64,000 bases of DNA from a virus. The stretch's first letter is position 1, and every line of letters begins with the position of its first letter. Under the pieces are notes generated by a model, which saw nothing but the letters and a program-made list of their open reading frames with translations, ran no database searches and was not told the origin of the DNA. The stretch spans positions 32,001-96,000 of IMG/VR virus record IMGVR_UViG_3300042453_002354. One strand, written 5' to 3'. A program made the position numbers and the translations under genes. Shown one piece after another: positions 27,342-36,107 of the stretch.

Positions 27342-28034
27342 TTATTTGCTTATTTCATTATCAGAATCTGGTGCAATCCAATACTGAACATTGTGTCTGT
27401 TATTTTTAAAGTTTACCACACTTTCGCCGACATTTACAGTATAATCTCCTGACAGTATTTTGAATTTGTCTACAGACAAGAATGCAGAAAAGTTACCAGC
27501 AATCTGATCATCCAAATACAAAACATGTTTATCCGACAAATCATTCTTCTTATCATACGCTTGTAGTGTTACGTGTTCCGAGTCTACGGTTATCAAAACA
27601 TCGGTAAGTTTAAGTACCGAACTCTTTTTTAGAAAGTCTTGTAAATCTTGGTCTTTCAACAGAAATTGAATATCATACTCAAGATTTTGACTCGTATTCT
27701 TTATATATTTTTCTACCTTTTCAAAGTCATTTCTCTGTGAGATGATGAGAGGATCGGCAAATCTATAATCAGTTCTACTTTTATTTGCTATAATCTTTAC
27801 GCTGTTTTCATTGAATTCAAATGTAGGATTTTCAAAGAATGAAACCAGAGAAAGAAATCTACTTAGATCATAGATACCAAAATCTACTGGAAAATTGTCT
27901 TCAACTTCAGCAAATCCAATTATACTTTTATCGTGTGATGATGTCCATATTTGATTACCGGACTTGATAAAAATTGAGTTGTTTATTGTGCTGAGATTCT
28001 TTAGCAAAGAAATTGTATGTGGGCTTATCTTCAT
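27342..28034 (-). CDS. gp45: Sliding clamp (gp45)
   Basis: MKISPHTISLLKNLSTINNSI, FGIYDLSRFL, GDYTV, YWIA. Start moved to 28034 because a terminator hairpin covers the ORF-track start at 28073. Confidence 0.9.
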   Translation of the reverse strand: MKISPHTISLLKNLSTINNSIFIKSGNQIWTSSHDKSIIGFAEVEDNFPVDFGIYDLSRFLSLVSFFENPTFEFNENSVKIIANKSRTDYRFADPLIISQRNDFEKVEKYIKNTSQNLEYDIQFLLKDQDLQDFLKKSSVLKLTDVLITVDSEHVTLQAYDKKNDLSDKHVLYLDDQIAGNFSAFLSVDKFKILSGDYTVNVGESVVNFKNNRHNVQYWIAPDSDNEISK

Positions 28035-28050
28035 AATATATCCTAAAAAA

Positions 28051-28074
28051 TGTGCGGTGAAAATACACCGCACA
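28051..28074 (-). terminator. Hairpin/terminator between the HTH gene and gp45
   Basis: TGTGCGGTG-aaaata-CACCGCACA followed by a U-tract on the minus strand. Confidence 0.6.
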
Positions 28075-28097
28075 GCATTATACTATACTCTTATTTT

Positions 28098-28373
28098 TTA
28101 ACCTAGAGTTTTTGTCTTGCCGTTGCTAAAAACGACAACATTAGGATTGTTTCTGAATTCTCTAGCCAGTCGATAATTATAAACAACTTCCTTGGTCTTC
28201 TTATACCTAGTCTTGTTTGTAAAAATCCTATAACCATCCTCACGCAATTCAAATATACGGGCAGACAGATTTTGTATCCCCCAACTTCTTGCCCTGCGAC
28301 GAGTAAGCGGTCTTCCTGTTTTCAAAAAATTCAAAATTGTATCAACTTGTGTCTTACGCATAATGTTCTCCAT
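28098..28373 (-). CDS. Small winged-helix DNA-binding protein
   Basis: ILNFLKTGRPLT..A..WGIQNLSARIFELREDGYRI..YRL. Confidence 0.7.
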   Translation of the reverse strand: MENIMRKTQVDTILNFLKTGRPLTRRRARSWGIQNLSARIFELREDGYRIFTNKTRYKKTKEVVYNYRLAREFRNNPNVVVFSNGKTKTLG

Positions 28374-28417
28374 AAAAAAACATGTTAATTGTTTAAATTA
28401 TAATATTCTCATCAAAT

Positions 28418-28612
28418 TTAGTTAGCAACGTTGCTCACCAAAAGTCGTTCTCTTTGCATTGCCGTTATTCCATGTCTTCCAAACTTACGCACAGGTATAC
28501 CGTGTACAGGTTTAGACCTAACCACAGGTCGCTCTGAAGCGACAGCAATATTATTGGTTGTAATGATTCCTGTAAATACAATACATCCAATTAAAACTCT
28601 AAAAAGTTTCAT
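28418..28612 (-). CDS. Small protein with signal-peptide-like N-terminus
   Basis: MKLFRVLIGCIVFTGII; AAGGAG RBS; promoter upstream. Confidence 0.5.
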   Translation of the reverse strand: MKLFRVLIGCIVFTGIITTNNIAVASERPVVRSKPVHGIPVRKFGRHGITAMQRERLLVSNVAN

Positions 28613-28677
28613 ATTTTTATCTCCTTAAATCACCTACTAAAAATTTATTTTTTAAAATACACATTATAGTTGTTTAG

Positions 28678-28706
28678 ATAATAATATACTCACAAAAAAT
28701 TGTCAA
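28678..28706 (-). promoter_or_regulatory. sigma70-type promoter TTGACA-N17-TATTAT
   Basis: Plus strand tgtcaa 28701-28706 and ataata 28678-28683. Confidence 0.6.
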
Positions 28707-29392
28707 ATATTTTTTTTCTTTCTCCCCCTCTTCTTGGGTTCTTCAATTGTGTTTTCGGATAAAATTAATTCCATTTGAATACAAGGAACCAAGACTGGAT
28801 ATCCTACTTGATCGATCAATCCATGTTCTCTGGCTTGTTGAGAATCCAAATATATGTCGGCGTGTTTGTGATCTGCGAAAACCTTTTTAAAGTATCCAGG
28901 CGATTTATTACATTTAACGTCTAGTAAATCAAAAATTAAATTGGTTAATCTTTCACACTCTTTGAAATCTGCTCTAATTTCTTCCATCTTGCCGAATGAA
29001 AAGGAGGCTATATCGTGTAACATTATTGTACAAAATTTTGTGGCGAATCTATATCCATTAGTACCGCCCAAAGCTAATAGTAAAGCACCGCAAGACATAG
29101 CCTTTCCTAAAGCTATTGTAACTACTGGCTTTTGTGCTGAATCTATTACATCTAACATAGCCAGTAATGAGTAAGCATCACCACCGAAACTATCGATATA
29201 GATTGGTATGTAAGGAACTTGATTATTCAAATTGAAATCATCGAAAAGTTCCCTAAAAGAAGATACTGAGCCTTCGTTAAAGTCATTAATATGAATACCT
29301 TTCTGTAATTTCTCAGAAAGTCCTATTTCAACTTTATTCGTTGGCGGCGGACTAAAATTATCACTTTCTTGCATTTTTTTTATTTTTATCAT
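28703..29392 (-). CDS. clpP: ClpP-like serine protease subunit
   Basis: YIDSFGG, GKAMSCGA (Ser), IMLHD (His), DIYLDS..A..GLID (Asp). Confidence 0.85.
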   Translation of the reverse strand: MIKIKKMQESDNFSPPPTNKVEIGLSEKLQKGIHINDFNEGSVSSFRELFDDFNLNNQVPYIPIYIDSFGGDAYSLLAMLDVIDSAQKPVVTIALGKAMSCGALLLALGGTNGYRFATKFCTIMLHDIASFSFGKMEEIRADFKECERLTNLIFDLLDVKCNKSPGYFKKVFADHKHADIYLDSQQAREHGLIDQVGYPVLVPCIQMELILSENTIEEPKKRGRKKKNI

Positions 29393-29394
29393 TT

Positions 29395-31104
29395 TTAAGG
29401 CTCCGTCTTGCTGAATCCTTTGTCTACTCTATATTTAACCGTTTTATCAAATTTGTCAACTATGGATTCTTTGTGGCTTATGACAAATATATTAGTATCA
29501 TCAAATATTTCTTCTTTAAATATGGACAAAACATTTTCAGTTGCAGCAGTATCCAAATAAGAATCAAAAACTTCATCCATAATTAGAAGATTTGTATTGA
29601 CTGAATTTTTGGCTTTGGCTATACAACGCCAAGTGAACAATAGTGCCAAATCAAGTCTTTGTCTTTCACCTTCGGAAAAATTTTCATAACTAAAAAAATC
29701 ACGTCCTTTGGATTTTATTTGTTCTTCAAAATTTTCGTCTAATTTGAAATTAACATAAAATGACATTGAGTTTAAAAACATATTTACATATTGATTAATA
29801 TATGGAACATATTGTTCTATGATTTTAGACTTCACGCCATTGTCTTTTAGTATTAAACTGGAATATTCAATTAATTGTTGCTCATAAAGATGAGATTCTT
29901 TTTGTGATAATAAAGATTTCAATTCACAATTTAAATTGTTTAGTTCATTCAATTGTTCTTGTAGTTCTGTATCCGAACGATTCATTTCGTTTATTTCTTC
30001 TTTGTATCTTTTAATATTGGTTTTATGAAACGAAACGGCTGTATTTTTTTCTCGTATTTCAAAATCAATCTTTTGTATATCGGATTGAACATCTAATATG
30101 GAAGTTTTTTCCATTATCAGCTTTTCTATCATAGCTTCGGTTTGTGATAATCCAATCTCAACCTCTTCTAAAGCTGAAGTTTTCTTATGTACCTCACATA
30201 TTTTTGTATCTTCTGCTATTGATTGCTTGCAGGTAGGACAAGTTTCATTTTGACTGTAAAACTCTATCTCTCTACTCAATCTGGACTTATTATTCATCAG
30301 TTTTGATTTAATATCATTACACTTGAATAATTGTGATTCTATTGGTTTTAGTGTTTTAATACCCATCTCTGACTTTTTAGTTTCCAATTCACTTATATAA
30401 GATGAAATGGACTCTAAAGATCTTTTTTCAGTTTCAATCATTTCATTTATTTGTTCTATCTTTTCAGTCTTCCTTTGTCTCAAAGTATTGACATACTTGG
30501 ATGCCATATCAATTTTTTGATTGGTGTGGGAGATACTACTATCAAGATCGTGTAGTTTAACTTTAAGCAAGGAAACTTTTTCTCTGAGTAAAGAATTCAT
30601 TACAGAAAATATTTGTATATCCAATAAATCTTCTATAATGTTACGACGATCTGAGGGTTTTAATTGCATAAAAGGTGTAAAGTTGGCCGCACCCAACATC
30701 ACTACCTGTAAAAAGGTTCTGTAATTGATTTTTAATATTTGATTTTCTAGTACGGATTGATAATCAACATTACTGGAATCTTGATTGAGTAAAATGCCAT
30801 TTTCTGTTATTTCAAATATATTTGGTTTAATGCCTCTAGTGATTTTATATTTCTTACCGTTAGTTTCAAACTCAACGAATACTACACAATCGCCTTCATT
30901 TACAGCATTAACCAATTTTGGCTTATTGATATTCCTAAAAGGTTTGTTGAAGAGACAAAATGTGAGTGCATCTAGTAGTGTAGATTTACCGGAGCCTGAA
31001 GGTCCGAATAAGATTGTGGTTTTATGCTGATCTAAAGCAATCTCAATTCCTGAGTTTCCCGTACTTAATAGATTTTTCCAAAATATTTTGGTAAACCTTA
31101 TCAC
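29395..31104 (-). CDS. gp46: Recombination nuclease ATPase subunit (gp46, Rad50-like)
   Basis: GPSGSGKST, CPTC zinc hook, FSEGE signature, LIMDEVFD, ISH. Confidence 0.95.
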   Translation of the reverse strand: MIRFTKIFWKNLLSTGNSGIEIALDQHKTTILFGPSGSGKSTLLDALTFCLFNKPFRNINKPKLVNAVNEGDCVVFVEFETNGKKYKITRGIKPNIFEITENGILLNQDSSNVDYQSVLENQILKINYRTFLQVVMLGAANFTPFMQLKPSDRRNIIEDLLDIQIFSVMNSLLREKVSLLKVKLHDLDSSISHTNQKIDMASKYVNTLRQRKTEKIEQINEMIETEKRSLESISSYISELETKKSEMGIKTLKPIESQLFKCNDIKSKLMNNKSRLSREIEFYSQNETCPTCKQSIAEDTKICEVHKKTSALEEVEIGLSQTEAMIEKLIMEKTSILDVQSDIQKIDFEIREKNTAVSFHKTNIKRYKEEINEMNRSDTELQEQLNELNNLNCELKSLLSQKESHLYEQQLIEYSSLILKDNGVKSKIIEQYVPYINQYVNMFLNSMSFYVNFKLDENFEEQIKSKGRDFFSYENFSEGERQRLDLALLFTWRCIAKAKNSVNTNLLIMDEVFDSYLDTAATENVLSIFKEEIFDDTNIFVISHKESIVDKFDKTVKYRVDKGFSKTEP

Positions 31105-32165
31105 GTTCCCTCTTGCATCTTTAAATTAATGGCTTCATGATACAACTTGCTCATGAAGTCGATTATATCACCCTCATTAGAGAGTTGCAAATTTTTTATG
31201 TAGTCCACTAAAATAGATTTTGTATCTTTGCCAACATCGACAGACACATCTTCATTTTTTTTCTGAAAAACAAGATCTACTATAGAAACGTCAGCCGGAG
31301 ATTTATTGTATAAGTTATCTAAAAACTTATCAAGGAAATAAGGATTTGTTTTATTTTTAATAATAATTTTTACATACTTGTTCGTAAAAGAATTATAGTC
31401 AATATTAGATAGATCATTCATTGACATATGTTCATCGTCATATTCAAATTTGATAAACATACTTTTTGGATTCTCGAAGAATTGCAAAGAGCGATCATTA
31501 AAATCGAAAATATGATAACCTCTAGGATCTCCAAAATCGGACCAAGTCATGCCATATGGAGAACCTACGTATGTTATATTACCTTTAGTAGATCTATGGT
31601 GATAATGGCCGGACAATACTATTCTAAACTTTTTCAAAACTTCTTCACTCAGTCCGTGTGTGCTTTGATGTCCCTTGAACATATCGAAACCCATAAGTTC
31701 AAAATGTCCAAAACAAATATCAGATCTAGCCTCATCCAATTCTTTTATAAATTGTTGTTCTTGTCCAGATGGAATCCAAGGACACAGAAAAACTTTATAT
31801 CCATCATTTTCCCAAAGGTGTGGTTTGTCGTAGACGAATATATTTGGATATGAATCCAATAATTGCATACTATTCACATCATTTGTATTCTTGTAATACA
31901 CATCGTGATTACCTACTATTACGTGTAGATTGATTTTATTTTCACACAGAATATCAAAGAAGTTTTGCCGCCAATCTGATAGAGTTTTAAAGTTGATGTA
32001 TTTCCTTCGATCAAATACATCACCCAAATGAAATACGTGTTGAATGTCGTTCTGCTTCATTCTTGGTATGAAGTCATCACGAAGATATTCAATACAAAAC
32101 TGTGAGAAAAATTGAGAATCATTTCTCACACCAATATGCTGATCTGCTATAATTCCTACTTTCAT
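31101..32165 (-). CDS. gp47: Recombination nuclease subunit (gp47, Mre11-like)
   Basis: DQHIG, LGDVFDRR, GNHD, GHFE, SGHYH. Confidence 0.95.
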   Translation of the reverse strand: MKVGIIADQHIGVRNDSQFFSQFCIEYLRDDFIPRMKQNDIQHVFHLGDVFDRRKYINFKTLSDWRQNFFDILCENKINLHVIVGNHDVYYKNTNDVNSMQLLDSYPNIFVYDKPHLWENDGYKVFLCPWIPSGQEQQFIKELDEARSDICFGHFELMGFDMFKGHQSTHGLSEEVLKKFRIVLSGHYHHRSTKGNITYVGSPYGMTWSDFGDPRGYHIFDFNDRSLQFFENPKSMFIKFEYDDEHMSMNDLSNIDYNSFTNKYVKIIIKNKTNPYFLDKFLDNLYNKSPADVSIVDLVFQKKNEDVSVDVGKDTKSILVDYIKNLQLSNEGDIIDFMSKLYHEAINLKMQEGT

Positions 32166-32765
32166 CTATTCTATCAACTTATTGATCTTTTCTTTACTCT
32201 TTGCTTTTTTGGCAAAGTTGTTAGTTTCAAATTGTTCGATATATTTTCTCATATTAATATCTGCATACTCACTGCCATATCTCAAATTGCCGTCAATACC
32301 TTCACTGCCCTCAGCATCTCTCAATCCATTTTCAATACTTTTATATTTGATGTATAAATGCTGCTTCTCTTTTTTTATTCTTCTAACAAATGCCCAAGTA
32401 ATGATTTGGGTAAAATAAGCAAATGGATTATTACTTTTTTCTGGATCAAAATTATCAATATACAATAAACAGTTCTCTATACCATCTGCTATCATATCAT
32501 CTTTAAATGGATAATTAGCGAATCCTGGAGAATTACTAAGTTTATGTGCAATTTGGGTTATCATTAAACCTATTTCATCAGGAACAGGTGGTAAATCTGG
32601 TATAGTTGCACGACGATTAGACTTTAATTGTTCTACATAAGGCTTCCGCAATTCGGCAAATTCTTTCATTGCCTCGAAAAATCTTTTATTGTCCACATAA
32701 TGAACAACTTCTTTTTTCTTTGTCTTTGGTTTTACAACCCTTTTAATTCTTCTTATTGTCTTCAC
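32166..32765 (-). CDS. gp55: Late transcription sigma factor (gp55)
   Basis: HYVDNKRF, FANYPFKDDMIADGIENC, NFDPEKSNNPFAYFTQI, AFVRRIKKEK. Confidence 0.95.
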   Translation of the reverse strand: MKTIRRIKRVVKPKTKKKEVVHYVDNKRFFEAMKEFAELRKPYVEQLKSNRRATIPDLPPVPDEIGLMITQIAHKLSNSPGFANYPFKDDMIADGIENCLLYIDNFDPEKSNNPFAYFTQIITWAFVRRIKKEKQHLYIKYKSIENGLRDAEGSEGIDGNLRYGSEYADINMRKYIEQFETNNFAKKAKSKEKINKLIE

Positions 32766-32802
32766 AAAGATGCCTTAAAAATAGATTAAACTCTATATTG
32801 AA

Positions 32803-32831
32803 AGATTACTAAAAATAATCAACAATGTCAA
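32803..32831 (-). promoter_or_regulatory. sigma70-type promoter TTGACA-N17-TAATCT for gp55
   Basis: Plus strand tgtcaa 32826-32831 and agatta 32803-32808. Confidence 0.55.
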
Positions 32832-32871
32832 CAAAATAAATAAAAGCCAATTGACAGATTTTGAACGTTAT

Positions 32872-33027
32872 TCTCCTTACCGCTAAAAGGAGATTTTGAA
32901 TCATTATGAATACAATAAAATACAGAAAGTATTAGATGATTTGCGACGAAGGAGCAAATCATGTGCGAAGCACACTATAATTAAATACAATAAAATACAA
33001 AACGAAATGACGAACGAAGTGAGGAAT
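32872..33027 (+). other. Non-coding cluster of hairpins and a 16-nt direct repeat, origin-of-replication candidate
   Basis: Hairpins at 32872-32893, 32936-32962, 32962-32974 and 33007-33027; AATACAATAAAATACA at 32909-32924 and 32984-32999. Confidence 0.5.
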
Positions 33028-33113
33028 GTAGTTTAGAAAGATTGTATATAATTAACACACAAAAAATGCTGTTGTCAAATTTATTTTTCAACAAAATGTC
33101 TAATACCAGACAA

Positions 33114-33524
33114 TTATTGAAAAGTGTCTTCATCATCAAATTTATAGGTATCGAAAAACATCTTTTTGTGGAAATAGTCACTAATATAATATTCAGCATC
33201 ATTATAACTATTAATGTAGAGATCTATATACTCTTTTTTTGGTTTAAAGAATGCCAATACTTTATCTCTAGGTATTAAAGCTACGGTAGAATCTGAAAAA
33301 GGAATCCAGTCCAAAAGCTGTATGTTATAGTGTCCTTCAATTTCGTCGTATTCAGAAGTTAGTAGTTTTGGCGCTCCTACTAAAACAACACTATCTATAT
33401 TTCCCACAACTGCAAATTTTTTCTCTTCTTCGGGAAATACATAGCAAATTAAATCTTCTCTAGTCATCAATTTAATGACTTTAATATTTTCTATTTTGTT
33501 ATTTACTGGTAAATGTTTAGGCAT
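33114..33524 (-). CDS. Sm-like protein between uvsW and gene 55
   Basis: KVIKLMTREDLIC, WIPFSD..IPRDKV; position conserved in related phages. Confidence 0.55.
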   Translation of the reverse strand: MPKHLPVNNKIENIKVIKLMTREDLICYVFPEEEKKFAVVGNIDSVVLVGAPKLLTSEYDEIEGHYNIQLLDWIPFSDSTVALIPRDKVLAFFKPKKEYIDLYINSYNDAEYYISDYFHKKMFFDTYKFDDEDTFQ

Positions 33525-34978
33525 TAGAAAACCACTTTATGTATTTTGTAATCAAATTTTTCACTATCGTAAACTTTAGCTCTTTCCAAGAAATGCTTCA
33601 ATGCATAATTTTTTCTATTTTTATAAGAAAAATCATCTACTATGTCATATAAGTTGGCTTTATTTGAGTAATCGCCTATTCTTAAAACTCTTCCAATAGA
33701 TTGCAAAGATCTAATTCTCGATTTTGTAGGCGAAACAAAAATAATATTATCTAAGTTTTTAATATTAACACCAGTAGAAAAAACTTTTACAGAAGCCACA
33801 ATAATTGAACCTCTTTCATTTTCAACTTTTTTTCTAATCTCTTCTCTTTCTTCTGAAGGTGTTCCACCATATACAAAATATACATTTCTGTTTTTAATTG
33901 ACTTTTCAATCATAGAATGTAAAATCTTGCCGTGGTCATCAACAAATTCAAAAAGAATCAAAGTAGTGTCATTTAATGTTTTTGTTAAGTTTGTTATAAA
34001 TCTATTTCTTCTTTCGTGTTTAATTATGTATTTAACCTCCTCATCATATGTAGTTTCTTTCATTAACTTGCATTCATATTCAGGGTATTTTAAGCATATA
34101 CAGTGTATGCTTAGTTTTGCCAAAAAATTATTATCAATTAACTCTTTTGTGGAAATAACAGAAAATACCGGACCAAGGTATCCTTCTAGTATCAATTGAT
34201 TAACTTTTGTTCCATCTAAAGTTCCTGTCGTTCCTATTTTAATTTTAGTGTTTGAAGTTTTTTTCAATATTGAAGTTATAGAAGCACTTTTTCCTAAATG
34301 TGCTTCATCACAAATGATAACGTCAAATTGTTCAAACCAAACTTTTGGTAATTTATAGAGAGATTGCCAAGTACCTACTATTATATTTTTATTTGTATTT
34401 TTATCTTGTCCGCCATAAACTAAATGTATCTCACGATCAGTATTAAAGGTTTTATCGTTCACTGCATAGTCCGAAAAATCACTTTTCATTTGGTGTATGA
34501 GTGAAAGAGTAGGAACGATTATTAAAGTTTTGGTATTGAACCATCGGGTCAAAGTGTATATGGTAGCTGATTTACCTGAACCTGTTGGTGATAGTAATAA
34601 AGTTCTATTATTTTCGATTACGTGCTTAATACCTTTTATTTGGTAATCTCTTAGTTCAAATGGCAGCTTCAAATTATCAATAAATTCATTGAACTTGTCC
34701 AGATTGACTTCAATGCTTGAATCCGATTCATAGTCGAGAGTATAATCACGTTCCTTACAAAACTGTTTAAGGTAGTTCAAAAGGCCTATCGGCAAGGTGC
34801 AGTCCATCATATTGTAGAGACGAACATAACCATCCCACAATCTATTTTTGTAAGATGGTGTGAATTGAAATCCTTCTTGTCGGAATTTAAAATAGTCGGA
34901 TAGCTCTTGGTGTATGTACCCTTCAGTACGTAACCTAAAAAATACTTCATCAATTTTTTCGAGTTGTATTTTAGCCAT
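33524..34978 (-). CDS. uvsW: UvsW helicase
   Basis: LRDYQ, SPTGSGKS, DEAH, GTTGT, QSIGRVLR. Confidence 0.95.
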   Translation of the reverse strand: MAKIQLEKIDEVFFRLRTEGYIHQELSDYFKFRQEGFQFTPSYKNRLWDGYVRLYNMMDCTLPIGLLNYLKQFCKERDYTLDYESDSSIEVNLDKFNEFIDNLKLPFELRDYQIKGIKHVIENNRTLLLSPTGSGKSATIYTLTRWFNTKTLIIVPTLSLIHQMKSDFSDYAVNDKTFNTDREIHLVYGGQDKNTNKNIIVGTWQSLYKLPKVWFEQFDVIICDEAHLGKSASITSILKKTSNTKIKIGTTGTLDGTKVNQLILEGYLGPVFSVISTKELIDNNFLAKLSIHCICLKYPEYECKLMKETTYDEEVKYIIKHERRNRFITNLTKTLNDTTLILFEFVDDHGKILHSMIEKSIKNRNVYFVYGGTPSEEREEIRKKVENERGSIIVASVKVFSTGVNIKNLDNIIFVSPTKSRIRSLQSIGRVLRIGDYSNKANLYDIVDDFSYKNRKNYALKHFLERAKVYDSEKFDYKIHKVVF

Positions 34979-34984
34979 ATGCTA

Positions 34985-34992
34985 TATTTATA
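34985..34992 (-). promoter_or_regulatory. Late promoter TATAAATA inside a hairpin that covers the uvsW start codon
   Basis: TATTTATA 6 nt from the ATG; inverted repeat 34976-34999. Confidence 0.7.
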
Positions 34993-35006
34993 GCACATAT
35001 TAGAAG

Positions 35007-35456
35007 CTAACTTCCTTGGCTAAACTTGATGAATTCTATGGCGTTTCTTATATTCCAGGTTCTTTGTTTTAAGTTGTCGAGAATTGAATGTAAGAAATCG
35101 ATTTTTTCTTTTTGATAGGCAATCTTCTGATTGGATTCTATAATTTTTTTGTCTGACTGTAAATACACGTCAATGTCAGATTTTAATACTCTTTTATCAA
35201 AACTATCTAGTCCCAGTTCTCTTAATTCTTCAGGAGAAATTTTTCCATTGTAGTATTCCCATCGAACTTTATAAAGAAGTGAATGATCACTTTCCATCTT
35301 CTTTAGTAGAAGTTTTTCTCTAGTGTATATTTTATAATATTTGTTGTGTAATTCTGGAATCTTTAGACTTTCTGTGGCTAGATCGGAACGATCAACCTTA
35401 CAATCATTACTCCATAATTCTTCAATTTTGTCTATTTCCATATTTTTATAGATCAT
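35007..35456 (-). CDS. uvsY: UvsY recombination mediator
   Basis: ESLKIPELHNKY, WEYYNGK, RTWNIRNAIEF. Confidence 0.9.
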   Translation of the reverse strand: MIYKNMEIDKIEELWSNDCKVDRSDLATESLKIPELHNKYYKIYTREKLLLKKMESDHSLLYKVRWEYYNGKISPEELRELGLDSFDKRVLKSDIDVYLQSDKKIIESNQKIAYQKEKIDFLHSILDNLKQRTWNIRNAIEFIKFSQGS

Positions 35457-36000
35457 CAGATATTGTATAATAACTATATCTGAAAGATACTACGGATGTC
35501 AAGAGAATAGTTTCGGAATTTGAAGCATCAATGTCAATACCTGATAAGCTAATAGGAAATGCGTCCACAAAAGTGTATCGTAAAAGTGGATTACCCTGAC
35601 TACTGGAAATTATTAAATCTATATTTGAGTAAATATTTCCTTGTCCAAATGGCCTTTGTAATGGATATGTTTTTCCTGTAATATCTTTGTCTAATCCTGA
35701 TTTAAGTTTTACATACTGTTCAAAGTTTTGAGGAAAATTTAATCCGTGTATCCACATGTAAAAGTCGTACCAGTTTTTTAAACCCTCTTGTACTAAAAAG
35801 GTCATTTCTAGATTTGAATATTCTAAACTAGTGCCTGGCAATTGTATGGCATTGAATAAGTTTTCTTGTGTTACTACGCCAGAAACTATTTCTGGGATAT
35901 TTACTTTTTGAATGAAGAATGAGCTTTCTTGCAATCTTGGAATGACAACAGCAAATGTCAATCCGTTTTGGAAGTTTTTAGTTGTTAGACTGCCTCTCAT
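35446..36000 (-). CDS. gp3: Tail tube terminator/completion protein (gp3-like)
   Basis: FFIQKVNIP, LEMTFLVQEGLKNW, FVDAFPISLSGI, FRYSYY; between 23 and uvsY. Confidence 0.8.
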   Translation of the reverse strand: MRGSLTTKNFQNGLTFAVVIPRLQESSFFIQKVNIPEIVSGVVTQENLFNAIQLPGTSLEYSNLEMTFLVQEGLKNWYDFYMWIHGLNFPQNFEQYVKLKSGLDKDITGKTYPLQRPFGQGNIYSNIDLIISSSQGNPLLRYTFVDAFPISLSGIDIDASNSETILLTSVVSFRYSYYTISDDL

Positions 36001-36051
36001 ATATTTTTTTATTTTATAATATTATCTGTGTCAATTATTTATGCACAAAAA

Positions 36052-36083
36052 AAATGAGAGCGATATTTCTACCGCTCTCATTT
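36052..36083 (-). terminator. Terminator after gene 23
   Basis: AAATGAGAGCG/CGCTCTCATTT stem with U-tract on the minus strand. Confidence 0.75.
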
Positions 36084-36107
36084 ACTAATCACTCGATAAT
36101 CAGGATA

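Noticed and set aside
32981-33278. ORFs of 73 aa (minus) and 78 aa (plus)
   Set aside because: Low-complexity AT-rich frames overlapping the Sm-like gene and the hairpin cluster.
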